Program-made: the position numbers and the translations under genes
The notes under the pieces: generated by a model
Seen by the model: only the letters and a program-made list of their open reading frames with translations
What the model was told of the DNA's origin: nothing
Databases searched by the model: none
Assembly (NCBI GenBank): GCA_019310245.1
Contig: JAFDER010000007.1
Span: forward strand, 1 to 51,828
DNA length: 51,828 bases
Direction of reading: 5' to 3'
Origin: Deltaproteobacteria bacterium
Lineage (GTDB): Bacteria > Myxococcota_A > Polyangia > DRWM01
In this document: positions 25,372 through 33,942 of the stretch, one piece after another
Layout: each line of letters starts with the position of its first letter
Position numbering within the stretch: the first letter of the stretch is position 1

Positions 25372-26958
25372 CTACGGCGGTGCGCACGTGCAGGACGGCG
25401 GCAGGATCAGCGAGAGCGCCGCGTTCGCGTGGAGCTCCTCGATCTTTCCGTCCGGACCGATTCGCAAGATCGATGAGCCTCCGCCGGCCACGGCCTCGAC
25501 GAGCCCGCGGCTGGAGAACGAGGCTCCGAGCCTGAACCGGCTGGCCATGCGCCAGTCCGCGATCCCGCCCTTCGCGTCGATCGTGGCGAGCACGCTCGCG
25601 GTCGCGGTGCAGCCCTGCCCGCGGAAGACGAGCATGCGCGCCTTTGCCTCGAGCGGGCACGAGAGCCAGTCCTCCTCGCCCGCCAGCTTCCAGAACGCGT
25701 CCCAGTCCGGTCCCTCGAGCGCGCCGAGCATCTTGCGCGCCTTGCTCCCGCTCGCCGGCGCGCAGCTCTTCGTCCACTGCGACTCGTCGACCGACGCGCA
25801 GCACGGCCGTGCGCTCTCGGTGAAGCCCCATGCGGCGAGGTCCGCGTCGGACGTGAACGCACCCTCCCGGTCCGCGGGCATCCTGAACATGTGGCCCTCC
25901 ACGAGGACCGCCGCGGCGCGGCCCGTCCCGTTCCAGCCCGCCGTCGCGAATCCGATGCCCTCGGGATGGCGGAACACGGGCTCGAGCACGCCTCCCAGCC
26001 CGCCCACGTCCCAGAAGATCCGCGTCTTCGTGTCGACGAGCGTGAACGAGCCCGAGACGGTGACCGGGCCTCCGGCCGGGCAGTCTGCGGCCGTGAGGTT
26101 CTCGACGAGGAAGAACCGGTCCCCCGTCTCGCCCATGAGCCCCGTTCCGCGCAGGAGACGGCGCCTGCCGCCGTTGCCGTCGACGAGCTCGATGAAGCCG
26201 GGAGCAGCGATCGAGATCGACTCCTCGTCTCCCGTCTTCCACGCCGCGCCGTCGAGGTGCACGGTCGCGGCGCGGGGCTCGATCTCGAGCGGCCCGCGGG
26301 CCTTGCCCGTGATCCCGAAGAGCTCGATCTCGGCCGCGTGAACGATCGAGTCCGAGCGGCCGGGGCGGGTCTTCGCGATCTCCAGCGTGACCGTGCGCGT
26401 CACGATGCCCGCGGGCAGGAGGATGTGGCGGTGATCCCAGCCGCGCTTGATCCGGGCCTCGGCCCAGCCCGCGTCCGTGTGCACCCGGATCACCTTGGGC
26501 CTCGCGTGCGCCTTGAACTCCTCGTGGCTCGCGCCCGCTCCCGGGAAGATGCGGATCACGTGCACCTCCGCCTCCTCGGGCAGCACGAGAGAGATGGCGC
26601 AGGGCCGGGCCTCGTCGATCCGCGAGCACGACCAGGACGTGCGCAGGTCGTCGTCCCGCGCGGCCGCGGGGTCGGAGCCGGGCGCCGCCCATGAGGGCGT
26701 GACGGCCTCGCCCTCGAGCGCGTACAGTGCCACGCTGGCCTTCCTGCCCGCCTTGAGCGTGTAGGGCGTCCTGAGCTTGCCTCCGAGCGGCGTCGCGCTC
26801 CTCGTGGGCTGCCCGTCAGGGACTCCTGCGCTCTGGAGAATGCTCCCCGCCGCCCCGTCGGCCGCCTTCCAGGGACGCTCGGGCACCTCCTTGCGACCCG
26901 CCTTGCACGCTACAACGCCCACGCACAGGGCGATCAGGACTGCAGGCAATCTGCTCAT
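25372..26958 (-). CDS. Lipoprotein with a discoidin (F5/8 type C)-like domain (tentative)
   Basis: MSRLPAVLIALCVGVVACK lipobox. ARDDDLRTSWSC...ISLVLPEEAEVHVIRIF...PKVIRVHTD...VTLEIAK...AAEIELFG follows the galactose-binding-like pattern. Start chosen inside ORF 25372..27174. Confidence 0.6.
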   Translation of the reverse strand: MSRLPAVLIALCVGVVACKAGRKEVPERPWKAADGAAGSILQSAGVPDGQPTRSATPLGGKLRTPYTLKAGRKASVALYALEGEAVTPSWAAPGSDPAAARDDDLRTSWSCSRIDEARPCAISLVLPEEAEVHVIRIFPGAGASHEEFKAHARPKVIRVHTDAGWAEARIKRGWDHRHILLPAGIVTRTVTLEIAKTRPGRSDSIVHAAEIELFGITGKARGPLEIEPRAATVHLDGAAWKTGDEESISIAAPGFIELVDGNGGRRRLLRGTGLMGETGDRFFLVENLTAADCPAGGPVTVSGSFTLVDTKTRIFWDVGGLGGVLEPVFRHPEGIGFATAGWNGTGRAAAVLVEGHMFRMPADREGAFTSDADLAAWGFTESARPCCASVDESQWTKSCAPASGSKARKMLGALEGPDWDAFWKLAGEEDWLSCPLEAKARMLVFRGQGCTATASVLATIDAKGGIADWRMASRFRLGASFSSRGLVEAVAGGGSSILRIGPDGKIEELHANAALSLILPPSCTCAPP

Positions 26959-27244
26959 CGTATCAGGAGGAGAATAGGGCGTCGCGTCACGCGATTCAAT
27001 GATGCGCTTTGTGGAGTCGGCCGCCGAATAACGCCTACGGTCAGCTACGAGGTGGTCGTGGTGAGTCTGCACGGTCGTCTTCTCCGACTCGGACGACGGC
27101 ACGTCGAGCGAGCGTCTCGTCGCCACGAGCGATCTCGAGCGCGGGCGGACCATGACGCTCGGCAAGGTCGCCACGCTGCCGCCCGGTCAGGGCATCTGCA
27201 CGGTCATCGACGGCAAGCTCGACTTCCACCCCTAGACCTGGTTC

Positions 27245-27315
27245 GCTGCCCTTCGACAGGCTCAGGGCAGCGGGAATGCTCAGGGCAGCGGAAATGCTCA
27301 GGGCAATGAGGGAAT
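27245..27315. repeat. Intergenic repeat: GCTGCCCTTCGACAGGCTCAGGGCAGC hairpin motif followed by about three tandem 18-20-nt units
   Basis: The units are gctcagggcagcgggaat, gctcagggcagcggaaat and gctcagggcaatgagggaat (27260-27315). GCTGCCC and GGGCAGC form a 7-bp stem. The array abuts the activase stop codon (27317). Confidence 0.7.
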
Positions 27316-27316
27316 A

Positions 27317-28072
27317 CTAGGTGGAGGCGAGGATGGCGGCGCCCAGGGCCGCGACGCACCGGGGCTCCTCGGGCACGTGGACGTCGGTGGACAGGCCGCG
27401 GGCGACGAGATCGACCATGCAGGCGTTGAGGGCCACGCCTCCGACGAACATCACGCCGGGCTCGACGCGGACCCTCTGCATCATCGAGACGGTGCGGCGG
27501 GCAGTGGCCTCGTGGATCCCCAGGGCCACGTCCTCGCGCGCCATGCCGCGCGCCACCATGGAGACTACCTCCGACTCCGCGAACACGGTGCACATCGAGT
27601 TGATCTCGACCGGTGACGACGTGGCCGTGGCCGCGGCCACGGCCGCGGCCACGAAGTCGCGCATCGAGAAGCCGAGCGCCGTGGCGATCACCTCGAGGAA
27701 CCGGCCCGTGCCCGCGGCGCACCTGTCGTTCATCTCGAACTTGCGCACCTTCCCGCTCTCGTCGAGGCACACGGCCTTGGTGTCCTGACCGCCGATGTCC
27801 AGGATCGTCCGGCACTCGGGCCTCAGCCGGCCGGCGCCCACGCTCACGGCCTTGATCTCGCTCACCGCCTCGCATCCGAGGTACGTGACGGCCAGCCTTC
27901 TTCCGTAGCCGGTCGCGACGAGGCGGTCGTACCCGACGCCCTCGAGCAGGCCCGAGACCTGCGAGACCGGGTCGTGCGTCGTCTCCGCGATCCGGGAACG
28001 CGCGATCCGCCCGCCCTCGATCACGACGAGCTCGATCGAGCGCGAGCCGATGTCGATGCCCGCGGCCCGCAC
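27317..28072 (-). CDS. BadF/BadG/BcrA/BcrD-type ATPase: activase of a 2-hydroxyacyl-CoA-dehydratase-family enzyme
   Basis: AGIDIGSRSIELVV (ASKHA phosphate-1), ILDIGGQDTK, NDRCAAGTGRFLE (cluster Cys), VFVGGVALN. GTG start at 28072, 2 nt after the upstream stop. Confidence 0.85.
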   Translation of the reverse strand: MRAAGIDIGSRSIELVVIEGGRIARSRIAETTHDPVSQVSGLLEGVGYDRLVATGYGRRLAVTYLGCEAVSEIKAVSVGAGRLRPECRTILDIGGQDTKAVCLDESGKVRKFEMNDRCAAGTGRFLEVIATALGFSMRDFVAAAVAAATATSSPVEINSMCTVFAESEVVSMVARGMAREDVALGIHEATARRTVSMMQRVRVEPGVMFVGGVALNACMVDLVARGLSTDVHVPEEPRCVAALGAAILAST

Positions 28073-28074
28073 GC

Positions 28075-29358
28075 TCAGCCCTCGATCCGTTCCACGAACG
28101 CCTCGACCCGCGTGCGGATCTGCTCCACGTCCTCCTGCGAGTAGTCCGTGTCGATGCGCAGGACCGGGATCCCGTCCTTCTCGAGCGCCCGCTCCACCGG
28201 CCCTGCCTCGATCTGGTACGGGTGGCAGAACTGCAGCCCGTAGTGGATGACGCCGTCGGCCTTCAGATCCTTCGCCATCTCGCGCACGTGCTCGAGCCTG
28301 CCCGGGTTGGGAGTGAACACGGCGCAGTCGATCTCGAAGTAGCGGTCCACGATGTTCTCGACGAGCGCCTCCACGCTGCCGCCGGAATCGTCCACCAGGT
28401 TCCGGGTGCCCCTCTCGCCCACGCACGACTCCTCGCCCACGATCACCGCCTTCGTGGAGCTCTCCACGATGTGAGGCACCTTCCAGTTCGGGATGGCCAT
28501 GGGGCAGCCGCTCATCAGGATGCGCGGCGCGCCCTTCGGCCTGACGCCCTGGCCGGCCTCGATCCGCTTCTCGAGCTCGTCGCAGATCTTGTTGATCGAG
28601 TCGGTGAAGCGCGGCGGGTCGTCGTAGAAGGAGATCTGGTTCGCCAGGAGCGCGTCCAGCCCCGAGATGGGGGCGGGATCGGCGGCCCGCAGCCTCGAGA
28701 GCCTGTGCAGGGCCCCGCGCTTCCCGTTCACGGTCCGGATGCCCTCCCTGAGCGAATCGACCGTGATCGTCCTGCCCGAGACGTCCTCGAGCTTCTTCAG
28801 GAACTTGACGTACTCGCTCCTCAGGATGGCCCGTCCCTCCTCGCTCTTCATCTGCGGCATGTCCATGACGAAGAGGTCGCTGACGTGCTCCGCGAAGATC
28901 TCGTACGCCTTCTTCTTGCCGTCGCAGGTGTTCTCCCCCACGATGAGGTCGCTTGCCAGCATGTACGGGCACACCTTCCCGAGCTGGAAGCCGAAGAAGC
29001 CCTTGATGAGCGAGCAGGTGTTGCGCGGCAGGTACCTCTCGGCCTCCTCGAGGCCCCAGGGCGCGCCGGCACACAGGCCGACGCAGATCCCGTGAACGGC
29101 GAGCACGAGCTCCTCGGGCACGAAGACGCAGAAGGTGCCCACCACCTTCCTGCCCTCCGCCCGGGCGTCCACGAGCTCCTTGATCCTGAGGCCGTGCACC
29201 TCCGTGATCACGAAGTCGAGGTACTTCATGCCCTCGGGCCGGTTCTCCTGGCTGTGGTACACGTCCTTGTAGCCCTGTCCGAGGACCTGCATGAGCGTGT
29301 CGTGGGCCTCGAGATCGATCCCGAGCTCTTCCCACATGGGACGGTAGTCTGTCGACAT
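28075..29358 (-). CDS. 2-hydroxyacyl-CoA dehydratase family protein (single-subunit, YjiM / double-cubane-cluster-protein-like)
   Basis: Typical HGD-D-family blocks VGTFCVFVPEELV, GENTCDGKKKAYE, ILMSGCPMA, VIHYGLQFCHPY and many conserved Cys. SD GGGAGG before the ATG at 29358. Confidence 0.8.
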   Translation of the reverse strand: MSTDYRPMWEELGIDLEAHDTLMQVLGQGYKDVYHSQENRPEGMKYLDFVITEVHGLRIKELVDARAEGRKVVGTFCVFVPEELVLAVHGICVGLCAGAPWGLEEAERYLPRNTCSLIKGFFGFQLGKVCPYMLASDLIVGENTCDGKKKAYEIFAEHVSDLFVMDMPQMKSEEGRAILRSEYVKFLKKLEDVSGRTITVDSLREGIRTVNGKRGALHRLSRLRAADPAPISGLDALLANQISFYDDPPRFTDSINKICDELEKRIEAGQGVRPKGAPRILMSGCPMAIPNWKVPHIVESSTKAVIVGEESCVGERGTRNLVDDSGGSVEALVENIVDRYFEIDCAVFTPNPGRLEHVREMAKDLKADGVIHYGLQFCHPYQIEAGPVERALEKDGIPVLRIDTDYSQEDVEQIRTRVEAFVERIEG

Positions 29359-29627
29359 TCTTGCCTCCCTTGGCTTCCGAGCGGCGACCCGCCCAGAGGC
29401 CCGGAGGCGACTAGGTGGGCGGCGGCTCGTTCAGGCGATGCGTTTCAGAGAGCCGGACCGGCTCCCCGTTGCCGCATCAGGTCATGAGTTGTGAGATCCT
29501 GAAGTCGCGCCTCATTGCGTTCCTTCTCCTTTTTTTCCGACCGATATGGTCATTCATTCGCAGGATCCGGGCTTTGTCAAGCTGACCCCCCCTTTACACG
29601 CCCACGGGCCTCTGAGAGGCTCTCATC

Positions 29628-30140
29628 ATGCGCGCCGCGATCAGCCTCATCGCCCTTGGCCTGGCGGCCTGCGGGGCCCGTGCGCCGCAGGCGGAGCCCG
29701 TGGCGCCGCTCGACGCTCCTGTGCCCGTTCCGCCCGTTTCCCCCGAGGCGCCGGAGCCCGGGCCCGCCGGACCTCCGTCCGTGGACGAGGCGGTCAAGCA
29801 GAGGATCGAGGAGCTCTTCATGCTCTGCAAGAGCGGCGACTACGACGAGGCGGCCGGGTACCTCGTCTACCGCGGCGAGGACGAGCTCAGGGAGTGGAAG
29901 ACCGTCCATGACTACTCCACCGAGGAAGGCAAGAAGGCGGCGCACGGCGTGTGCAACAGGATCAGCGCCACCCTCTCGGCGTCCGACTCCTGGGAGTTCG
30001 AGGACTTCGAGACGGAGGAGGAGTCCGAGGGGCTGTGGCTCGTCTGGGAGGTGGTCTTCTGGAAGGGGGGGCAGAGGCAGGTCGTGATCTTCGCCTTCCT
30101 CGAGGTCGAGGGCGTCATCGCCCTGGGCGACATCGACTGA
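29628..30140 (+). CDS. Hypothetical lipoprotein
   Basis: MRAAISLIALGLAACG lipobox, Pro-rich linker, acidic globular domain. No family recognised. Confidence 0.6.
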   Translation: MRAAISLIALGLAACGARAPQAEPVAPLDAPVPVPPVSPEAPEPGPAGPPSVDEAVKQRIEELFMLCKSGDYDEAAGYLVYRGEDELREWKTVHDYSTEEGKKAAHGVCNRISATLSASDSWEFEDFETEEESEGLWLVWEVVFWKGGQRQVVIFAFLEVEGVIALGDID

Positions 30141-30149
30141 GGAAAAAGA

Positions 30150-30500
30150 GTGCAGGACGCCGACGTCGGGAAGATCTACGAGCTGTTCAGCATCGTCTCG
30201 ATGCTCGCCACGCTCCTGGTGGCCTGCACCGCGTTCGTGGTGGCCATCGTCCTGAGCGTGCGCCGGCAGTCGATCGTGGGGGCGTGGCTGCTCGCCGTGG
30301 GCTGGGCGGGTGCCTGGCTCGTGGACGTGGGCTACCTGGGCGCGAGCTTCCTGTCGGGGCGCCTCGAGGGCCCGGTCATCCTCTGGGTCTACCTGGGCCT
30401 TCGCCTCGTGACCCTTCTCTTCGGGCTGCTGACGGCCGTGGCCCTCGCCCTCATGCGGCCGCCGCGCCGCGCTCCGGACGGGGAGGCGGCCCATGGCTGA
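30150..30500 (+). CDS. Small integral membrane protein
   Basis: GTG start after AGGA. Three to four hydrophobic helices. The 3' end overlaps the next gene (ATGGCTGA). Confidence 0.5.
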   Translation: MQDADVGKIYELFSIVSMLATLLVACTAFVVAIVLSVRRQSIVGAWLLAVGWAGAWLVDVGYLGASFLSGRLEGPVILWVYLGLRLVTLLFGLLTAVALALMRPPRRAPDGEAAHG

Positions 30501-30828
30501 GACCGTGCAGGTCATCTCGGCGCTGCACGCCGTCATCTCCCTCGTGTGGGTGCTGCTCGACTTCGTGATCGCCGGCGTCGTGATCTACCGATTCAGGTCC
30601 ACGCTCACGAGCTGGTTCATCGCCGGAGGCTTCGTGTTCTTCGCCCTGGTGAGGATCATCAGCAGCCTGTTCAACTGGCTCGTGATGCCTCACGTGGGCG
30701 GGGACTACATGCTCACGAACGTGATCTCCAACGCGGTGTTCACGAGCCTGTACGCGCTCACCTGCCTGCTCGTGGCCTGCGGCGTGGGCCTCATCCCGAG
30801 GAGCCTGCGCAGGCTCGCCGAGGCGTGA
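30493..30828 (+). CDS. Small integral membrane protein
   Basis: The ATG overlaps the upstream stop. Hydrophobic helices (ISLVWVLLDFVIAGVVIY, FIAGGFVFFALVRII, LYALTCLLVACGVGLI). Confidence 0.5.
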   Translation: MAETVQVISALHAVISLVWVLLDFVIAGVVIYRFRSTLTSWFIAGGFVFFALVRIISSLFNWLVMPHVGGDYMLTNVISNAVFTSLYALTCLLVACGVGLIPRSLRRLAEA

Positions 30829-30832
30829 TCCA

Positions 30833-31657
30833 TCAGCGCAGCTGCTCGCAGCCGAAGTCGCCTGACGTGAGGATGCGGCGCGTCTCCGCGGTGGCGGCGT
30901 CGATGATCTCGGGGCCTCGCGAGAGCTTCCCGGGCCCCGACGCAGGCACGTCCGGGGCGAGGACGAGCACCTCGAGGCCCCGCTCGCGCAGCCCGTTCAC
31001 GACCCGCTGCTGCTCCGGGTAGATGAGGCAGTGCAGGGCGGCCCGCAGGCCGGCTGCGATCGATGTGGGAGGCCCGGGCGGGTAGGCCTGCGAGAGATAG
31101 TTGACCAGGATGACGTCGATGTCGTCCCGGGATGCCAGGAAGCCCAGCGGCACCTTCTCCACCGTGCCTCCGTCCCAGTACACGTGATCGCCGATGGGAG
31201 CCGGCGCGAACATCCCTGGCAGGGCGCAGGAGGCGCGCACCGCGGGGGCGAGGGGCCCGGAGTCGAACACGTGCAGCCTGCGCTCGTTCAGGTCGAATGC
31301 CGTGGCGGCGAAGTCGAACCGGCAGTCGTCGAAGGTGCCGGCGGTGAGGATCCTGCCGAGCTTCCTCTCCATGCGCTTGCCGCGGATCAGCCCGCCGGGC
31401 CTGCCGGACGCATCCCAGGGCATGGGCAGATCCACCAGGTCCGTCACGCCGATCGACAGGAGCGCTGTGCGGATCGTGGGCGGGTCCATGCCCGACGCCC
31501 ACATGGCCCCCACGAGGGCTCCCGCGCTGGCGCCGGTCACGGCCACCGGCCTCACGCCGAGGTCGTGGATCGTGGTGACGAAGCCGGCGTGGGCGAAGAA
31601 GCCGAAGTAGCCCGAGGCCAGGCACACGCCGACGCGTCTTCCGGTCAGGTCCACCAT
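30833..31657 (-). CDS. Patatin-like phospholipase
   Basis: GxSxG nucleophile VTGASAGALVG. The Asp of the dyad lies in VYWDGGTVEKVP. The glycine-rich oxyanion motif is degenerate (LASGYFGFFAHAG). Start taken at MVDLTGRR inside ORF 30833..31801. Confidence 0.75.
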   Translation of the reverse strand: MVDLTGRRVGVCLASGYFGFFAHAGFVTTIHDLGVRPVAVTGASAGALVGAMWASGMDPPTIRTALLSIGVTDLVDLPMPWDASGRPGGLIRGKRMERKLGRILTAGTFDDCRFDFAATAFDLNERRLHVFDSGPLAPAVRASCALPGMFAPAPIGDHVYWDGGTVEKVPLGFLASRDDIDVILVNYLSQAYPPGPPTSIAAGLRAALHCLIYPEQQRVVNGLRERGLEVLVLAPDVPASGPGKLSRGPEIIDAATAETRRILTSGDFGCEQLR

Positions 31658-31821
31658 GGGCACAGGACTATACGTCCCTGCCCGGACGGTCAACCGCTGG
31701 CCACTGAGCTTGTTTCGCCTCCGTGCGGAACATCGCCCGCCGCCGGTTGTCCAAGCTTTGGCCGGGGCGGGTTGTCCAACGGGTACGACCCAGAAGAACA
31801 ACTGGATGCAAAGGAGGGGCT

Positions 31822-33942
31822 TTGGCTGAGGCGGTGCAGCTCAAAGCTTACGGTCGCGTCGATCTCGACGGCACTCACAGGGCGGTCGTCGAGGCGGACT
31901 GGCCGGAGATTCCAACCACGGGGGACGACTCCCGGACAACCTACCTCGAGCTCGAAAGCGGAGGCATGAGCTGTGCCGTCCTGCTGAGCGAGCACAGAAG
32001 CTCGACCGAGGGCAGGATCTACCTCGACCGCTACAAGCAGTGGCACCTCGGAATCCGCGACGGGGATCCGGTGCACGTGCGCGTGGCCACGCCGGAGCAG
32101 GCCGGCAAGGTGGTGCTGAGGGTCCCGGCCAACTTCTCCAGGCGCGACGTGGTGCGCTTCATCGGAAAGCCGCTGACGCGCGGCGAGAAGACGGCGCTCT
32201 ACACGTTCGGCGGCGATGCGCGCCTGATCGAGGTCGCCGAGGCGGGCCCGGGCAGGATCGTGGTGGTCGCCCCGTCCTCGGACGTGAGGACCACAACCTC
32301 GCAGGTCGATGACGTGCCGGTCACGTACAAGGACATCGGCGGCCTCGGCAGGGAGGTGGAGCGGATCCGCGAGGTGGTGGAGTATCCGTTCCGGTTTCCG
32401 GAGCTGTTCCAGCACCTGGGTGTGTCGCCTCCGCGCGGCATCATCCTGAGCGGCCCGCCCGGAACGGGCAAGACGCTCATCGCCAGGGCGCTCGCCAACG
32501 AGTCCGGGGCGCGGTTCTTCTCAGTGAGCGGCCCGGAGATCTACTCCAAGTGGTACGGCAAGAGCGAGGAGAACCTCAGGAACATCTTCGCAAGCGCCGT
32601 GCGCGACGCCCCCTCCATCGTGGTGATCGACGAGCTGGATGCGCTCGTTCCGATCAGGGAGAAGACTCACGGCGATCAGGAGCAGAGGATCGTCGCCACG
32701 TTCCTCACGCAGATGGACGGGCTGAAGGAGATGAAGGACGTGGTCGTGGTGGGCACGACCAACCGGATCGACGCGATCGACCCCGCGCTCAGGCGCGGAG
32801 GACGGTTCGAGTGCGAGGTCCACATCGGCGTGCCGGACGAGGCGGGCCGGCAGGAGATCCTGGCCATCCACTCCCGCAGGATGCCGCTGGGGCCGGACGT
32901 GGACCTCGGGCAGGCGGCGTCCATGTCGTCGGGGTTCACGGGTGCCGATCTCGCGTCGCTGTGCCGCGAGGCGGCCTACTCCGCACTCAGGAGGGTGTTT
33001 CCGGGTCTGTCCACGGAGGGCGGGGAGCTCGACGGGCTCGACCGGCTCGAGGTGTGTCAGTCCGATTTCGAGAAGGCGCTCTCCTCGGTCCCCCCGTCGG
33101 CCCTCAAGGAGTTCCTCATCGAGATCCCCGCGGCGGGCTGGGACGACGTGGGAGGGCACGGGGAGACGAAGAAGCTCCTCGTCGAGAACATCTGCTACGC
33201 CGTCACACGGCGCGAGGCGTTCCGCAGCGCCGGCATCGAGCCGGCGAAAGGCATCCTTCTCTACGGGCCTCCCGGCACGGGCAAGACGCTCCTCGCGAGG
33301 GCCGTGGCGAGTGAGTGCGGCGCGCAATTCATCGCGCTCAGGGGCCCGGAGATCCGCTCGAGGTGGCTGGGGGAGTCCGAGGAGCGGATCAGGCAGCTGT
33401 TCAAGAAGGCCCGCACCGTTGCTCCCTGCGTGATCTTCATCGATGAGATCGACGCCGTGGTGCCGGCGCGCGGCGGGTCACCCTCGAGCTCCACCGACGG
33501 GGTCGTCAACCAGCTCCTCGCTGAGATGGACTCCATCGAGGGCGGGGCGGGCGTGTGCATCGTCGGGGCCACGAACCGGATCGGGATCCTCGATCCCGCC
33601 GTTCTCAGGCCGGGCCGCTTCGACTGCCTCGTGGAGGTGGGCCTGCCGGACGGGCGCGACAGGGAGGAGATCTTCGCCGTGCACGTGCGCGGCAAGCCCC
33701 TGGCACCCGACGTGGATCTCGCCCTGCTCGCGGCCCTGACCGAGGGCCTGTCCGGAGCCCAGATCGCGGAGATCTGCCGGCTGGCCGCGTGGTCGTCGCT
33801 CAGGGAGGCGGGATTCGAGGCAGAGGGCCTCGTCGTCGCCGCGGGCCACTTCGGCAGCGCGCTCGAGCGCGTCCGCAGCACAGCGGACGGGGTGGCACGC
33901 TTGCTCAGGGTCGTGGCCGCGGGTGGGGAGGACGGAACATGA
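31822..33942 (+). CDS. Cdc48/VCP-like AAA+ ATPase (N-domain plus two AAA modules)
   Basis: N-domain GRIYLDRYKQWHLGIRDGDPVHVRV. D1 has GPPGTGKTLIARALA and VVIDELD. D2 has GPPGTGKTLLARAVA and IFIDEID. Both carry SRH-like GRF(E/D) motifs. The start is TTG 31822 or GTG 31834, after AAGGAGG at 31811-31817. The stop overlaps the next ATG. Confidence 0.85.
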   Translation: MAEAVQLKAYGRVDLDGTHRAVVEADWPEIPTTGDDSRTTYLELESGGMSCAVLLSEHRSSTEGRIYLDRYKQWHLGIRDGDPVHVRVATPEQAGKVVLRVPANFSRRDVVRFIGKPLTRGEKTALYTFGGDARLIEVAEAGPGRIVVVAPSSDVRTTTSQVDDVPVTYKDIGGLGREVERIREVVEYPFRFPELFQHLGVSPPRGIILSGPPGTGKTLIARALANESGARFFSVSGPEIYSKWYGKSEENLRNIFASAVRDAPSIVVIDELDALVPIREKTHGDQEQRIVATFLTQMDGLKEMKDVVVVGTTNRIDAIDPALRRGGRFECEVHIGVPDEAGRQEILAIHSRRMPLGPDVDLGQAASMSSGFTGADLASLCREAAYSALRRVFPGLSTEGGELDGLDRLEVCQSDFEKALSSVPPSALKEFLIEIPAAGWDDVGGHGETKKLLVENICYAVTRREAFRSAGIEPAKGILLYGPPGTGKTLLARAVASECGAQFIALRGPEIRSRWLGESEERIRQLFKKARTVAPCVIFIDEIDAVVPARGGSPSSSTDGVVNQLLAEMDSIEGGAGVCIVGATNRIGILDPAVLRPGRFDCLVEVGLPDGRDREEIFAVHVRGKPLAPDVDLALLAALTEGLSGAQIAEICRLAAWSSLREAGFEAEGLVVAAGHFGSALERVRSTADGVARLLRVVAAGGEDGT

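Noticed and set aside
26982-26994. A 13-bp perfect palindrome TCGCGTCACGCGA 24-36 nt upstream of the lipoprotein ATG (possible operator). There is also an AGGAGGAG on the plus strand at 26966-26973 with no start codon at suitable spacing.
   Set aside because: Short G/C-rich palindromes are expected by chance in this composition. No second copy or associated regulator gene was seen. The SD-like string has no ORF behind it.
27260-27315. Possible mini CRISPR array or coding repeat (the 27052..27309 ORF translates it as SGQRECSGQRKCSGQ).
   Set aside because: The units are directly abutting with no spacers, there are only about three copies of 18-20 nt, and no cas genes are present. The ORF carrying them has poor codon signature.
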